Shown piece after piece: positions 1-10,334 of a stretch of DNA of 64,000 bases. The stretch is from assembly GCA_944381115.1 (NCBI GenBank), contig CALWJV010000006.1, positions 15,559 through 79,558 on the forward strand, in the 5' to 3' direction. A program made the position numbers and the translations under genes. The notes beneath the pieces were generated by a model. The model saw nothing but the letters and a program-made list of their open reading frames with translations. It did no database searches and had not been told where the DNA came from. Positions within the stretch are counted from its first letter, which is position 1; the number at the start of each line of letters is the position of its first letter. The DNA comes from an uncultured Clostridia bacterium (GTDB taxonomy: Bacteria > Bacillota > Clostridia > Oscillospirales > CAG-272).

Positions 1-2
1 AT

Positions 3-509
3 ATAATTGAAGAGTATAACAATGCACAAACAAATGAAGATGATAAAATCAGTTATACAGATTACGTAGGTCTTATTATGTCATCTGTAACTTCGATAAT
101 TGACGCAATATCTTATGTTCTTATATTCTTTGTTTCAATATCACTTATAGTTTCCTCGATAATGATAGGCATAATTACCTATATTTCCGTACTCGAACGC
201 TCAAAAGAAATCGGTATACTCCGCGCTATGGGTGCATCAAAACGCGATGTTGCAAATGTATTCAATGCGGAAACGCTCATTGTCGGGTTTACCTCGGGAG
301 CAATAGGTATAATTATCACAATACTTCTTAACATCCCCATAGGTCTTGTAATAAAACACCTGTCCGGAATTTCAGGAATAGCATCATTACCGGTAGGCGG
401 AGCAATCATACTTGTTATAATCAGTATGACTCTAACTCTTATATCAGGACTCATTCCCGCAAGGATTGCCGCTAAAAAAGATCCTGTTGAGGCACTTCGT
501 TCCGAATAA
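3..509 (+). CDS. ABC transporter permease, FtsX/MacB family (C-terminal part; gene starts before window)
   Basis: Frame open from base 3 (IIEEYNNAQ...) into the listed ORF; motifs SVLERSKEIGILRAMGA and PARIAAKKDPVEALRSE. Confidence 0.9.
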   Translation: MIEEYNNAQTNEDDKISYTDYVGLIMSSVTSIIDAISYVLIFFVSISLIVSSIMIGIITYISVLERSKEIGILRAMGASKRDVANVFNAETLIVGFTSGAIGIIITILLNIPIGLVIKHLSGISGIASLPVGGAIILVIISMTLTLISGLIPARIAAKKDPVEALRSE

Positions 510-552
510 AAATATTTTATTCTTCAGTTAAATTAAATTAACCAAATAACAA

Positions 553-590
553 AAACGGGAATATTTTTTAAATTATTCCCGTTTATTTTC
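553..590 (+). terminator. Rho-independent terminator
   Basis: AAACGGGAATA...TATTCCCGTTT inverted repeat followed by a T-rich tract. Confidence 0.7.
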
Positions 591-612
591 TTAGTTCTTT
601 TTAAAAAAAATA

Positions 613-641
613 TTGATTTTTGATTATTACTATGTTATAAT
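613..641 (+). promoter_or_regulatory. Sigma-A type promoter for the HAD hydrolase gene
   Basis: TTGATT-17 bp-TATAAT with TG extended -10. Confidence 0.55.
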
Positions 642-758
642 GATGATATATTAAATGAGTGATTTTAAACTTTCAATGTTTATATTATTTTACTTAAATA
701 TTTTGAAAAGTTTTATTTAATCTTATTTTCTAAAAATAAAATTAACGGAGAATATAAA

Positions 759-1466
759 TTGGAGAAATGGATTTTATTTGACCTTGACGGTACATTGCTT
801 CCTATGGATCAGGAGGTTTTCACCAAGGCATATTTTAAAGAACTTGCAAAAAAACTTGCCCCTTACGGATATGATCCCGAAGTACTTGTAAATGCAATTT
901 GGTCAGGTACGGCAGACATGGTAAAAAACAATGGACAAAATACCAACAAAACTGTTTTTTGGGATAGATTTTTTAAAATATTCGGGGAAGGAGCAAAAAA
1001 CCATCTTTCGGTCATTGACGAGTTTTATCGGATAAATTTTGATAATATAAAAAATTTCTGCGGATATAACCCTGAGGCAAAAAAGACCGTTGATGTCCTG
1101 AAAAAAAACGGATATAAAGTTGGTCTTGCAACTAATCCGATTTTCCCGCTAACAGCAACGGAACTAAGAATTAAATGGGCTGGATTTACACCGGAAGACT
1201 TTAAGTTTTACACAACGTACGAAAATTCTTACTACTGTAAGCCTAATACCGATTACTACAAAAGTATACTTGAAAAGTACGGGATCAGTCCCGAAAACTG
1301 CATAATGGTCGGAAATGACGTTTGCGAGGATATGGTTGCCGAAAAACTCGGAATTAAAGTATTTTTGCTTACAGACTGTATAATAAACAAAGAAGGAAAA
1401 GATATTTCTGTCTATCCTCACGGAAGTTTTTCTGATTTGCTGAAATTTTTAAAAATCGAAAAATAA
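759..1466 (+). CDS. HAD-superfamily hydrolase
   Basis: Motif I FDLDGTL, KP motif, motif IV GNDxxED; TTG start after GGAG. Confidence 0.9.
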   Translation: MEKWILFDLDGTLLPMDQEVFTKAYFKELAKKLAPYGYDPEVLVNAIWSGTADMVKNNGQNTNKTVFWDRFFKIFGEGAKNHLSVIDEFYRINFDNIKNFCGYNPEAKKTVDVLKKNGYKVGLATNPIFPLTATELRIKWAGFTPEDFKFYTTYENSYYCKPNTDYYKSILEKYGISPENCIMVGNDVCEDMVAEKLGIKVFLLTDCIINKEGKDISVYPHGSFSDLLKFLKIEK

Positions 1467-1541
1467 CCAATATGGCAGTTCTGCATACATTGCCTGTTAT
1501 GCGCATAAACTTTGTAAAAACAGTTTAAAGGAGAACCTGCC

Positions 1542-2435
1542 GTGGAAAAAATAAACCTGATTGAACTTCTGAAAATTGTTTTAATCGGAATTATAGAAGG
1601 TATTACCGAATGGCTACCAATAAGCAGTACCGGACACATGCTGCTTTTTGACTCATTTATACCTCTGAACGCAACAGAAGAATTCAAAGAAATGTTTTTC
1701 GTTGTAATACAACTCGGCGCAATACTTGCAGTTTTTGTAATGTTCCGAAAAAAAATGATACCTTTCGGTATAAAATCAATATTAGATCTTAAAGATAACA
1801 GTTTGGCACAGAACAACGAAAAAAAAACCACCGAAAAAAAGAGTCTATATATAAAAAAAGATATATTTATGATGTGGGTCAAGGTAGCGGTCGCTTGCAT
1901 TCCGTCTGCTATCCTCGGCCTTGTCTTTGATGACTTTCTTGAAAAATATTTCGGAAACACATTGACTATCTCTATAATGCTGATATTTTACGGTATACTT
2001 TTTATCGTCATTGAGTATCTAAACAAAAACAGGACACCAAAAACTAACAGTATAGATGATATAGGGTACAAAACAGCAATTATAATAGGACTTTTCCAGG
2101 TGCTGTCTATGATACCCGGCACCTCACGGTCAGGTGCAACAATAATCGGTGCACTGATAATAGGGGTCTCACGCGTTGCGGCAGCGGAATTTACTTTTTT
2201 TCTCGCAATACCTACGATGCTCGGAGCAAGCACACTGAAAATTATAAAATTCGGATTTGATTTTTCAACAGCGGAGATTTTAACTCTTATACTTGGTTCG
2301 ACAGTCGCATTCACCGTTTCGGTTTTTGCAATAAAATTTTTGATGAATTTTGTTAAGCGTCACGATTTTAAATTTTTCGGGTACTACCGGATCGCACTCG
2401 GAATAATAGTACTTGCTGTATTTTTCTTAAATTAA
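1542..2435 (+). CDS. uppP: Undecaprenyl-diphosphate phosphatase (BacA/UppP)
   Basis: EGITEWLPISSTGH and PGTSRSGATI signatures; multiple TM segments. Confidence 0.95.
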   Translation: MEKINLIELLKIVLIGIIEGITEWLPISSTGHMLLFDSFIPLNATEEFKEMFFVVIQLGAILAVFVMFRKKMIPFGIKSILDLKDNSLAQNNEKKTTEKKSLYIKKDIFMMWVKVAVACIPSAILGLVFDDFLEKYFGNTLTISIMLIFYGILFIVIEYLNKNRTPKTNSIDDIGYKTAIIIGLFQVLSMIPGTSRSGATIIGALIIGVSRVAAAEFTFFLAIPTMLGASTLKIIKFGFDFSTAEILTLILGSTVAFTVSVFAIKFLMNFVKRHDFKFFGYYRIALGIIVLAVFFLN

Positions 2436-2513
2436 ATTTTTTTAATATCGTATAACACGTATGCCCTAAACCAATGATAGAACTGCATAATGCAGCCAAA
2501 CGGAGAAATAAAA

Positions 2514-3410
2514 ATGTCTGAAAATAAAAAGGATTTTAAAGATAATAATCAATATTTTTCTGAGGAAGATATTGTTTCCGCAGAAGAAACAACAAACAAA
2601 AATTCATCCCCGGAACAGACTACATTAAATAAAAATTCTGTGCCTGATACAGAAACAGAAAATTCAAATGACTTTTTGTCAGAAATAATTTTACCGACAA
2701 CAGAATCCGATGTAACAGTCAAAAAAAACAAACTTACATTGTCAGATATATGGTTTTACTATAAATGGCACGTTCTTATAGTACTTTTTTTTGTAACGAT
2801 CTTTACAGTACTGATCGTACAAACAGTTACAAAGGAAAAATTTGATGTACGTATGCTCTACGCAGGTCCTGTTATCTTAAGTGATGAGAATAAAACCGCA
2901 ATAACAGACGCATTGAATCAAAATATTGACTCAGACTATAACGGTGACGGCCAAAAAAATTCTGAACTTTTCGACCTCATACTTATGACTAATGAAGAAA
3001 TTAAAGAAATGAACGATAAAGGCGTTGACCCTTATTTTTTAAATCCTTCATTTGTAAATGATAACAGAGAAACACTTGCTGTAAATTCAATGGCAGGAGA
3101 TTATGTAATATTTTTAATCGATGCTGATTATTATCAGAATCTCCACGACAACGGTGCTTTTGTGACACTTGACAGTATGGGAATCACAAACGGAACAAGG
3201 TACGACGACTGTGCACTGTATTTAAACTCCCTTGATTTCGCCAAATTTTATACTGCATTCCACATATTTCCCGATGATACTCTTATATGTGTAAAGCAAC
3301 TTTCTTTGAACGCAAAAAATAAAGCGGCAATGCTTTGGGAGCAAAATAAAAAATATTTTAAAACCCTGACGGAAATAAAACTTCCAGAAGGATTTGTTCC
3401 GGCAAAATGA
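2514..3410 (+). CDS. Hypothetical single-pass membrane protein
   Basis: Acidic N-terminus, WFYYKW then a TM helix, DYNGDG loop; ATG 2514 chosen for GGAG RBS. Confidence 0.75.
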   Translation: MSENKKDFKDNNQYFSEEDIVSAEETTNKNSSPEQTTLNKNSVPDTETENSNDFLSEIILPTTESDVTVKKNKLTLSDIWFYYKWHVLIVLFFVTIFTVLIVQTVTKEKFDVRMLYAGPVILSDENKTAITDALNQNIDSDYNGDGQKNSELFDLILMTNEEIKEMNDKGVDPYFLNPSFVNDNRETLAVNSMAGDYVIFLIDADYYQNLHDNGAFVTLDSMGITNGTRYDDCALYLNSLDFAKFYTAFHIFPDDTLICVKQLSLNAKNKAAMLWEQNKKYFKTLTEIKLPEGFVPAK

Positions 3411-3445
3411 TAATATTAAAAATTTTTGAAAGAGACGGTAAATAT

Positions 3446-4120
3446 ATGAAAAAAGCAATAGACGATAACACAGTAAGTTCAGAAAATCAGGTTACCAAAA
3501 ACCAAAGTGTCTATACACTCGGTAAAAAAGATGCTGATGTAAAAATTGCAATCCTCGGAAATTCAATAACAAGACACGGACCCAAGCACGATATCGGATG
3601 GGATCATGATTTCGGAATGGCTGCAAGCGACATAGAACATGATTATGTACACTTACTTTATAAAAAACTTTTAAAATACGGTATAAATTGTTTCATAGTG
3701 GTAAAGCAATTTGCTACATGGGAAAGAAATTTTACGTGTGTTCTAAACGATGATATATCGGAAATAAGAGATTATCAACCTGATATTATTGTTTTCAGAC
3801 TTGGAGAAAACGTAAATAAGAGTGTAAACAAAGAAGTTTTTAAAGCTGAAACAGAAAAACTCCTTTATAACATCGGCAATGGAAAATCAAAACTGTTGCT
3901 TACAACCTGTTTTTGGCACCACGATGCAGTTGATGAAGTCATACGCGAAATTTGTTTCGAAAAAGGTCTTACACCAATTGAACTCGGTGACCTCGGCGAA
4001 CTTCCGGAAATGAAAGCAATCGGATTGTTCGATCACAGCGGCGTTGCCGCTCATCCAGGCGACCTCGGTATGGAAAATATTGCAACGCGGATCTTTGAAG
4101 GACTAAAAAAACTCATTTAA
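3446..4120 (+). CDS. SGNH/GDSL-family hydrolase
   Basis: GNSIT block I, LGEN block III, C-terminal HPGDLG; ATG 3446 preferred over 3407. Confidence 0.85.
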   Translation: MKKAIDDNTVSSENQVTKNQSVYTLGKKDADVKIAILGNSITRHGPKHDIGWDHDFGMAASDIEHDYVHLLYKKLLKYGINCFIVVKQFATWERNFTCVLNDDISEIRDYQPDIIVFRLGENVNKSVNKEVFKAETEKLLYNIGNGKSKLLLTTCFWHHDAVDEVIREICFEKGLTPIELGDLGELPEMKAIGLFDHSGVAAHPGDLGMENIATRIFEGLKKLI

Positions 4121-4341
4121 GTTTATGTCGACAGTTAAGAATCATGCGGATTTATTCAGACTACTTTGTATTTTATAAAACAACTTTATTTCTTGACTCA
4201 AAACAATAAACAGAAAGATCATTTTTTCACGTAAAATTTTTTGTTAGTAAATCTTCTTTATATTAATTAACTAAAGTCAATATCTTCAATATATGCAAAT
4301 CTTTATGCAGAACATAAATTTTCAAATTATATTTTATTAAT

Positions 4342-4390
4342 AAAATAAAAATCGGTTTGTTGTAATCAAATGCAAACCGATTTTTATTTT
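4342..4390. terminator. Bidirectional Rho-independent terminator between convergent genes
   Basis: Perfect 18-bp inverted repeat AAAATAAAAATCGGTTTG/CAAACCGATTTTTATTTT. Confidence 0.8.
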
Positions 4391-4441
4391 CAGTATTTTG
4401 ATTTTTTTACTTCTTTACCAAGCCCCGTCCTTTAATATTAT

Positions 4442-5938
4442 TTAAATTTCACCTGTATTTCGCCTACGCATATTTACCTTGCAGATAACGGCAAATCCGA
4501 TAAGTCCGATCGGTATTACACCGCAGAATAAAGTTGCAAATGTATACAAAAACCACTTTGGCACCTCTATACTTGCGGAAACAGGAATATTTGCCGGAAT
4601 AGGATCTTTATATGTATTTTCTGTTAGCGTATTAATAAAATAAGTTAAAGTAAGCAAATTTCCGCCGTTGGTGTAAATTGTATATTCTTCGTAAAGTATG
4701 CTTGGGGAAGATATCCAGACGACACCTCCTCCTGCTTCATTAAATGCTGAAATTCCCGTATATCTTAATTTACGTGTATCCTTTTCTTGATCAAATTTGT
4801 AATCGGCTACATCATCTGTTGTATAACTTTCCGGAGATGTTGTTAAGATAGGCTTTATTGTAATCCCCTGCGGTACATTTTCCATAAGTGTTATGGCGGT
4901 GGTACCTGCAAGTAAAATAGTCCCTGCCTGATCTTCAAGAATGTCTGCAAGTCCTTCATCAGTAACATCAGGTACTGTATACGCAGGAATTTTTTCATAA
5001 TTGTAAAGTTCGTTATCTTCGCAAAGATATTTACCGTCACTTTCCAGCCCGTATTCATTTAAAAGATAATTCAAACCGGAATAGTCAATACCGTATGATG
5101 TAACTAAAAACAGTTTCCCGCCGTTTTTCATATATTCCGAAAGTTTATTTTTTTCTGTATCTGTTATATCAGAATTTGGAAAAAGAAGAAGAAGATCGGT
5201 ATCCTGCGGAACTTCTATTCTATCTAAATTTATCCATGAAATATCTATACCGAAATTTCCGATAAGATTACTTACATCAAAGGAAGGGGCATCTTCTTCG
5301 TGTCCTACAACAACATATACTTTTTTCAAAGAGTCCGAAATAACATATCTTATCGCAGAATTTACGCTTTCTTCGTATTCATAACCTGTAAACAAACCTT
5401 CGTATACGGCATATTTTTTCAGAAAATCTGTAAAACTTATATCCGATATAGCACCTGACTCACGGTATGTTGCATAGATCTGAAAATTATAGTTATATGC
5501 ATTATTATCGAAATAAAACAAATCATAGTAAGGGATAAATTTATAGCGCTTTGAGGATTCAACAACTATACTGTTTGCCGGAGGAGTTGACCCGCAATAT
5601 TCAAAAATTTTATCTGCATCTGCTAATGGATCAAGAAGTTTTAATTTTATATTTTTGTTTTTAAAACAGTATCTTTCCAAAAAAGTGCGTATTCCGTCAT
5701 TTTCTTCTCCCGTCGGGGCAATAAGATATATTGTGATTGGTTCATTAATTTTAGAGATAAGATCTTCGGTTTCCGAAGACAGAGTATACATAGAATTTGC
5801 TGAAAGGTCAATTCTTGTAATTCCACTTGGTAAAAATTTTACCCCGGCAAAAATAAGCAGTGCAACAAGGGTTGCCGAACAAATGACTATAAAAAAGGCA
5901 ATTTTACTGCCTATTTTCTTTGATAATTTATCAAACAT
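4442..5938 (-). CDS. GldG-like ABC transporter auxiliary component
   Basis: N-terminal TM, DLSANSMYTLS motif, GHEE, YMKNGGKL, C-terminal TM; follows an ABC-2 permease. Confidence 0.8.
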   Translation of the reverse strand: MFDKLSKKIGSKIAFFIVICSATLVALLIFAGVKFLPSGITRIDLSANSMYTLSSETEDLISKINEPITIYLIAPTGEENDGIRTFLERYCFKNKNIKLKLLDPLADADKIFEYCGSTPPANSIVVESSKRYKFIPYYDLFYFDNNAYNYNFQIYATYRESGAISDISFTDFLKKYAVYEGLFTGYEYEESVNSAIRYVISDSLKKVYVVVGHEEDAPSFDVSNLIGNFGIDISWINLDRIEVPQDTDLLLLFPNSDITDTEKNKLSEYMKNGGKLFLVTSYGIDYSGLNYLLNEYGLESDGKYLCEDNELYNYEKIPAYTVPDVTDEGLADILEDQAGTILLAGTTAITLMENVPQGITIKPILTTSPESYTTDDVADYKFDQEKDTRKLRYTGISAFNEAGGGVVWISSPSILYEEYTIYTNGGNLLTLTYFINTLTENTYKDPIPANIPVSASIEVPKWFLYTFATLFCGVIPIGLIGFAVICKVNMRRRNTGEI

Positions 5939-5955
5939 TTTCTTTTCCCCCTTTA

Positions 5956-6819
5956 TTACTCGTATTTTCGCCTTTTAAGTTGAAGCAACGAAAAAATCAG
6001 AAACAGTGCAGAATAAAGTATTAAATGTATGACTGCAGTAATATCAAGAGGCCCGTAAATTATTTTGTTAAGAGCCGTACACGGAGATATTATCTCAAGA
6101 AAAGTTGCAAAAGCAAACGCAAATGCCCCGGAAGTTACAAAATAAAATAATATCAGAACCGCCTCAGCTATACAGAAAAAAAACAAAGCAACAAGCCCGG
6201 ATCTTGTAAAAAAATATATCACTGACGATACGGCAAGCAATATGGCTGTAAGCAAAAGAAGACTGCTGTTTTTTGAAAGTGGTATAATTCCGGAAAGAAT
6301 TGCTAAAAAATATATTAAAATTACCGTAATGTAGGATGCAATATAAGAATATTTTTTCTTTTTTGCTGTAACAGATATGAAAATGCAAAGGCTCATAACG
6401 GATATTCCGAACAACAGATATCCGCCGAGAGAAGCAAATGATGATGAAAAATTAACAACACCGAAAAATCCAAAAATAAACGGCATTAAAAATAAAAAAA
6501 TATAAGGAATAAAAAATACGGTAAAAGCAGCAAGGGCTTTTCCGAAAACAAGTGCTGTAATCGGTATTCCCAAAGACATTTCAGTACGCTCAAAGCCACT
6601 TTCTTTGTCAGCAGAAAACAATTCTGACATTAAAATCGGAAGGGCAACCAATAACACTATTTCAATAAATTCAACTGAATATTCTATTATTGAATACCCC
6701 GTATTGAAATTGATATATGTAAGAATTGCTCCCTGTGCCAAAAACATTATTGCAAGGAAAACATATGTTTTAAAACTTCGCATAAGCGTTTTAAGCGTCA
6801 ATAAATAGACAGATTTCAT
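5956..6819 (-). CDS. ABC-2 type permease (GldF-like)
   Basis: Highly hydrophobic; FSADKESG...LVFGKALA pattern; operon context. Confidence 0.8.
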   Translation of the reverse strand: MKSVYLLTLKTLMRSFKTYVFLAIMFLAQGAILTYINFNTGYSIIEYSVEFIEIVLLVALPILMSELFSADKESGFERTEMSLGIPITALVFGKALAAFTVFFIPYIFLFLMPFIFGFFGVVNFSSSFASLGGYLLFGISVMSLCIFISVTAKKKKYSYIASYITVILIYFLAILSGIIPLSKNSSLLLLTAILLAVSSVIYFFTRSGLVALFFFCIAEAVLILFYFVTSGAFAFAFATFLEIISPCTALNKIIYGPLDITAVIHLILYSALFLIFSLLQLKRRKYE

Positions 6820-6886
6820 TCAAATGATCCTTTCTCCCCATCTTTAAAATAATTTATGCGCATCTTTTATCTTTTATTTTATAATT

Positions 6887-7915
6887 TTATTCATCTTCAG
6901 AGAAATCAAACGTGTCTTCTGCTTTTATACTTTCTTCAATTTCTGTATCTTCTTTTTCGGTTTCGTTATCATCATCATGATTGAAAGATATAAGAGACTT
7001 TGTTATTTTGGTAATTTTACTTGGTTTATTTTCTTCATATTCACTTCTCTTTGCTTTGTCCTTTTCTGTAAGTTCACCGATTATATTAAGAAGGGCTTCT
7101 TTGTCAGACCTAAGTTCAAGCAAAGGAAGTTTTGCTTTTGTAAGTTGTTTTTTTATTTTGTTTCTCGTTTCGGCTGCTTTAAACATAGCAATCTTTTTTA
7201 CATTAACGCAATAAATATTTTCTCTGACAGTTTCAGTTATTTCCGGATTAAATCTGCTTAATGCAGCATTTATCGACTCTTTTTCACCTCTAATTAAACA
7301 AATAATATCTGTTTCATGAATATCAGTACTGAAAAGCGTTTTCGTATCCCCGAAATATATTTGATTTCCCGCAGACATAACCAGGAGTTTATTGCTTATT
7401 TCTTTGCATTCAAAAACTGATGACGAAGAAAAAATTACCGGCACATCTTCTGAAACTGATTTAATTAGAAATTTTAAATCTCCGTATTCATCGTAACTGA
7501 GGTTATAGTATGGATCTTCTGAAATTATCAAGTCCGGGTCCCCTATAAGGGATGATGCTATGCAAAGTGTAAATCTTTCAAAATTTGAAAGAAATTCAAT
7601 TCTTTTTTCAGAAAAAGACTCTATAATATCTGAAATTTTTTCTGAAAGTTCTTTTACTTTTTTTATACCTTGTATAAAATCAATATATTCTTTTGCTGTA
7701 ATTGCCAAAGGAAGAGGGCTGCCTTTAGGAAGGTACGATACTTTTTTTATTCCCTTCACTTCTCCTCCGTCAGCAAATTTTATACCTGCTAATGTCTCTA
7801 ACAGTGCAGCACTCCTTTCGGGTTTTTTTGAAAGTATGCATAAAACTCCGTTATCAAATGCAAAAGAAATATTTTTAAAAAAATCCGTTTTAAATAAATC
7901 GACAGTTTTAATCAT
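6887..7915 (-). CDS. ABC transporter ATP-binding-like protein with degenerate catalytic motifs
   Basis: ABC scaffold recognisable (KNISF, TLAG, SYLP, LIGDPDLII) but Walker A/B, signature and H-loop altered; ATG 7915 after GAGG. Confidence 0.75.
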   Translation of the reverse strand: MIKTVDLFKTDFFKNISFAFDNGVLCILSKKPERSAALLETLAGIKFADGGEVKGIKKVSYLPKGSPLPLAITAKEYIDFIQGIKKVKELSEKISDIIESFSEKRIEFLSNFERFTLCIASSLIGDPDLIISEDPYYNLSYDEYGDLKFLIKSVSEDVPVIFSSSSVFECKEISNKLLVMSAGNQIYFGDTKTLFSTDIHETDIICLIRGEKESINAALSRFNPEITETVRENIYCVNVKKIAMFKAAETRNKIKKQLTKAKLPLLELRSDKEALLNIIGELTEKDKAKRSEYEENKPSKITKITKSLISFNHDDDNETEKEDTEIEESIKAEDTFDFSEDE

Positions 7916-8047
7916 TTTTACCTCATTACAATTCAAATTCGTAGCCTTAAATTTGTAATCAACTCTTAATATTTTATACCCTCAATGTGAAAAGCATATG
8001 ATAAATATGGAAACCTTTAGTTAATTTAAAAAAAACTGCAAAACCCC

Positions 8048-8076
8048 TTGATATTTTTGGGAATTTATGTTAAACT
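8048..8076 (+). promoter_or_regulatory. Putative sigma-A promoter of pgk-tpiA
   Basis: TTGATA-17 bp-TAAACT with TG extension. Confidence 0.45.
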
Positions 8077-8168
8077 TATGTATGAATAGTATATCGGCGT
8101 ATATTGTTAAATTTACACATGCATGTTTTACATGTATATGCCGTTAAAAAAGAAAGGAATTTTTACCT

Positions 8169-9473
8169 ATGATGTATAACAAAAAAACTATAGAAGACAT
8201 TGAAGTTTCAGGAAAGAAAGTCCTCGTACGTTGCGACTTTAACGTACCGCTTAAAGACGGAGTGATCACAGATGACAAAAGAATCGTCGGTGCCATTCCT
8301 ACCATCAAATATCTTGTTGATAATGGCGCTGCCGTTATTCTTTGTTCTCATATGGGTCGTCCTCATAATATCTTTAACGAAAAACTAAAACTTGATAAAA
8401 AAGAAATAAAGAAGATAGATGCTCTTCCGGAAGAAGAAAGAGAAGCTGCCACAGCAGCCGCTCTTGAAAAGGCCAAAGGAGATATTAAAAAACTTTCTTT
8501 GGCTCCTGTTGCAAAAAGAATTTCCGAACTCCTCGGCAAAGAAGTTATCATGGCTAAAGATGTAGTCGGAGAAGATGCAACAGCTAAGGCCGCCGCCCTT
8601 AAACCAGGAGAAATCATGCTTCTTGAAAATGTCCGTTTCCACGAAGAAGAGGAAAAGAACGATGAGGCTTTTGCAAAAAAACTCGGTTCTATGGCTGATA
8701 TATACGTAAATGACGCATTTGGTACTGCCCACAGAGCACATGCATCTACAGCAGGTGTTGCACAATTCTGCCCCGAAATTCCTGCTGTTTGCGGATACCT
8801 CATTCAAAAAGAAATCACTATAATGGGAAATGCTCTTTCAAATCCTAAACGCCCGTTCGTTGCTATACTTGGTGGAGCAAAAGTTTCCGATAAAATCGGT
8901 GTTATCAACAATCTTATTGATAAAGTTGACACCCTTATTATCGGAGGCGGAATGGCTTATACTTTTTTAAAGGCTCTTGGCAATAGTATCGGAACATCTC
9001 TTTGTGAAGAGGATAAGCTTGAACTGGCTAAGTCACTTATTGATAAAGCACATGAAAAAGGCATAAACTTTATGCTCCCTGTTGATAACATTATTGCACA
9101 CAGCTATGCCGAAGATGCTGTTTGCATGAGAATTTACTCTGACTCCATTCCTGATGGCTGGATGGGACTTGATATCGGAAGTACAACTGCAGAACTTTAC
9201 GCAAAAACTCTTTCAGACGCTGGAACTGTTGTATGGAACGGACCAATGGGTGTTTCAGAATGGGAAAACTTCGCAAATGGAACACGTTGCGTTGCCAAGG
9301 CGCTTGCAGAGTGTAAAGGAATAACAATTATAGGAGGCGGTGATTCCGCGGCTGCTGTTGAAACTCTCGGATTTGCAGACAAAATGACTCACGTTTCCAC
9401 AGGCGGAGGTGCCTCCCTCGAATTTCTTGAAGGTCTTGAACTTCCCGGCATAGCATGCCTTAACGATAAATAA
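8169..9473 (+). CDS. pgk: Phosphoglycerate kinase (with internal insertion)
   Basis: [47 protein letters not shown]. Confidence 0.98.
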   Translation: MMYNKKTIEDIEVSGKKVLVRCDFNVPLKDGVITDDKRIVGAIPTIKYLVDNGAAVILCSHMGRPHNIFNEKLKLDKKEIKKIDALPEEEREAATAAALEKAKGDIKKLSLAPVAKRISELLGKEVIMAKDVVGEDATAKAAALKPGEIMLLENVRFHEEEEKNDEAFAKKLGSMADIYVNDAFGTAHRAHASTAGVAQFCPEIPAVCGYLIQKEITIMGNALSNPKRPFVAILGGAKVSDKIGVINNLIDKVDTLIIGGGMAYTFLKALGNSIGTSLCEEDKLELAKSLIDKAHEKGINFMLPVDNIIAHSYAEDAVCMRIYSDSIPDGWMGLDIGSTTAELYAKTLSDAGTVVWNGPMGVSEWENFANGTRCVAKALAECKGITIIGGGDSAAAVETLGFADKMTHVSTGGGASLEFLEGLELPGIACLNDK

Positions 9474-9537
9474 TCACAATTTTTAACTATTAATAATATG
9501 TTGTCACAAATAATAACTATAAAGGATATAATTAAAT

Positions 9538-10305
9538 ATGGATAAGGCTAAAAGACCCGTTGTTATAGCGGGAAACTGGAAAATGAATAAAACTCCTGCT
9601 GAAGCAAAAACGCTTATTGAAGAACTCAAACCAATGGTATCAGGTAAAAAAGGATGTGACATTGTTCTTTGCGTTCCGTATGTAGATATTTCCGTGGCAG
9701 TTGAGTCTACCAAAGGAACTAACATTAAAATCGGTGCTGAAAACGTACATTTTGCCGAAAGCGGTGCTTATACAGGTGAAATATCCTCAAAAATGCTAAA
9801 AGAATGCGGTGTTGAATATGTTATAATCGGACACTCAGAGCGCCGTCAGTACTTTGCCGAAACCGACGAAACCGTTAATCTTCGTACAAAGGCTGCTCTT
9901 GCAGAAGGACTGAAAGTTATCCTCTGTGTTGGAGAAGTTAAAGAGCAAAGACTTTCTGGTATAACCGATGAAATAGTTTCAATACAAACAAAACTTGATC
10001 TTGCAGGTGTGAATGCTGATGACATGAAGAACGTTATAATTGCTTATGAACCCGTATGGGCAATCGGAACAGGGCTTACGGCAACTCCGGAGCAAGCAGA
10101 CGAAACATGCGGTGTAATAAGATCAACTCTTGCAAAACTTTACGGCGAAAACATCGCTGAGTCAACCGTTATACAGTATGGCGGCTCTATGAATGCAAAA
10201 AATGCCGCAGAACTTCTCGCAAAGAAAAACGTTGACGGAGGACTTATCGGTGGTGCTTCTCTTAAGGCTCCCGACTTCACTGTAATTGTTGAAGCCGCTC
10301 AATAA
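9538..10305 (+). CDS. tpiA: Triosephosphate isomerase
   Basis: AGNWKMN, IGHSERR, AYEPVWAIGTG, GGLIGGASL. Confidence 0.98.
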   Translation: MDKAKRPVVIAGNWKMNKTPAEAKTLIEELKPMVSGKKGCDIVLCVPYVDISVAVESTKGTNIKIGAENVHFAESGAYTGEISSKMLKECGVEYVIIGHSERRQYFAETDETVNLRTKAALAEGLKVILCVGEVKEQRLSGITDEIVSIQTKLDLAGVNADDMKNVIIAYEPVWAIGTGLTATPEQADETCGVIRSTLAKLYGENIAESTVIQYGGSMNAKNAAELLAKKNVDGGLIGGASLKAPDFTVIVEAAQ

Positions 10306-10334
10306 TTTAATTTTTACTTAAGGAGAGAAAAAAT

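Noticed and set aside
1767-1847. Hydrophilic ~25-aa stretch within UppP
   Set aside because: Falls in a loop that varies in length across BacA/UppP proteins; catalytic motifs are intact
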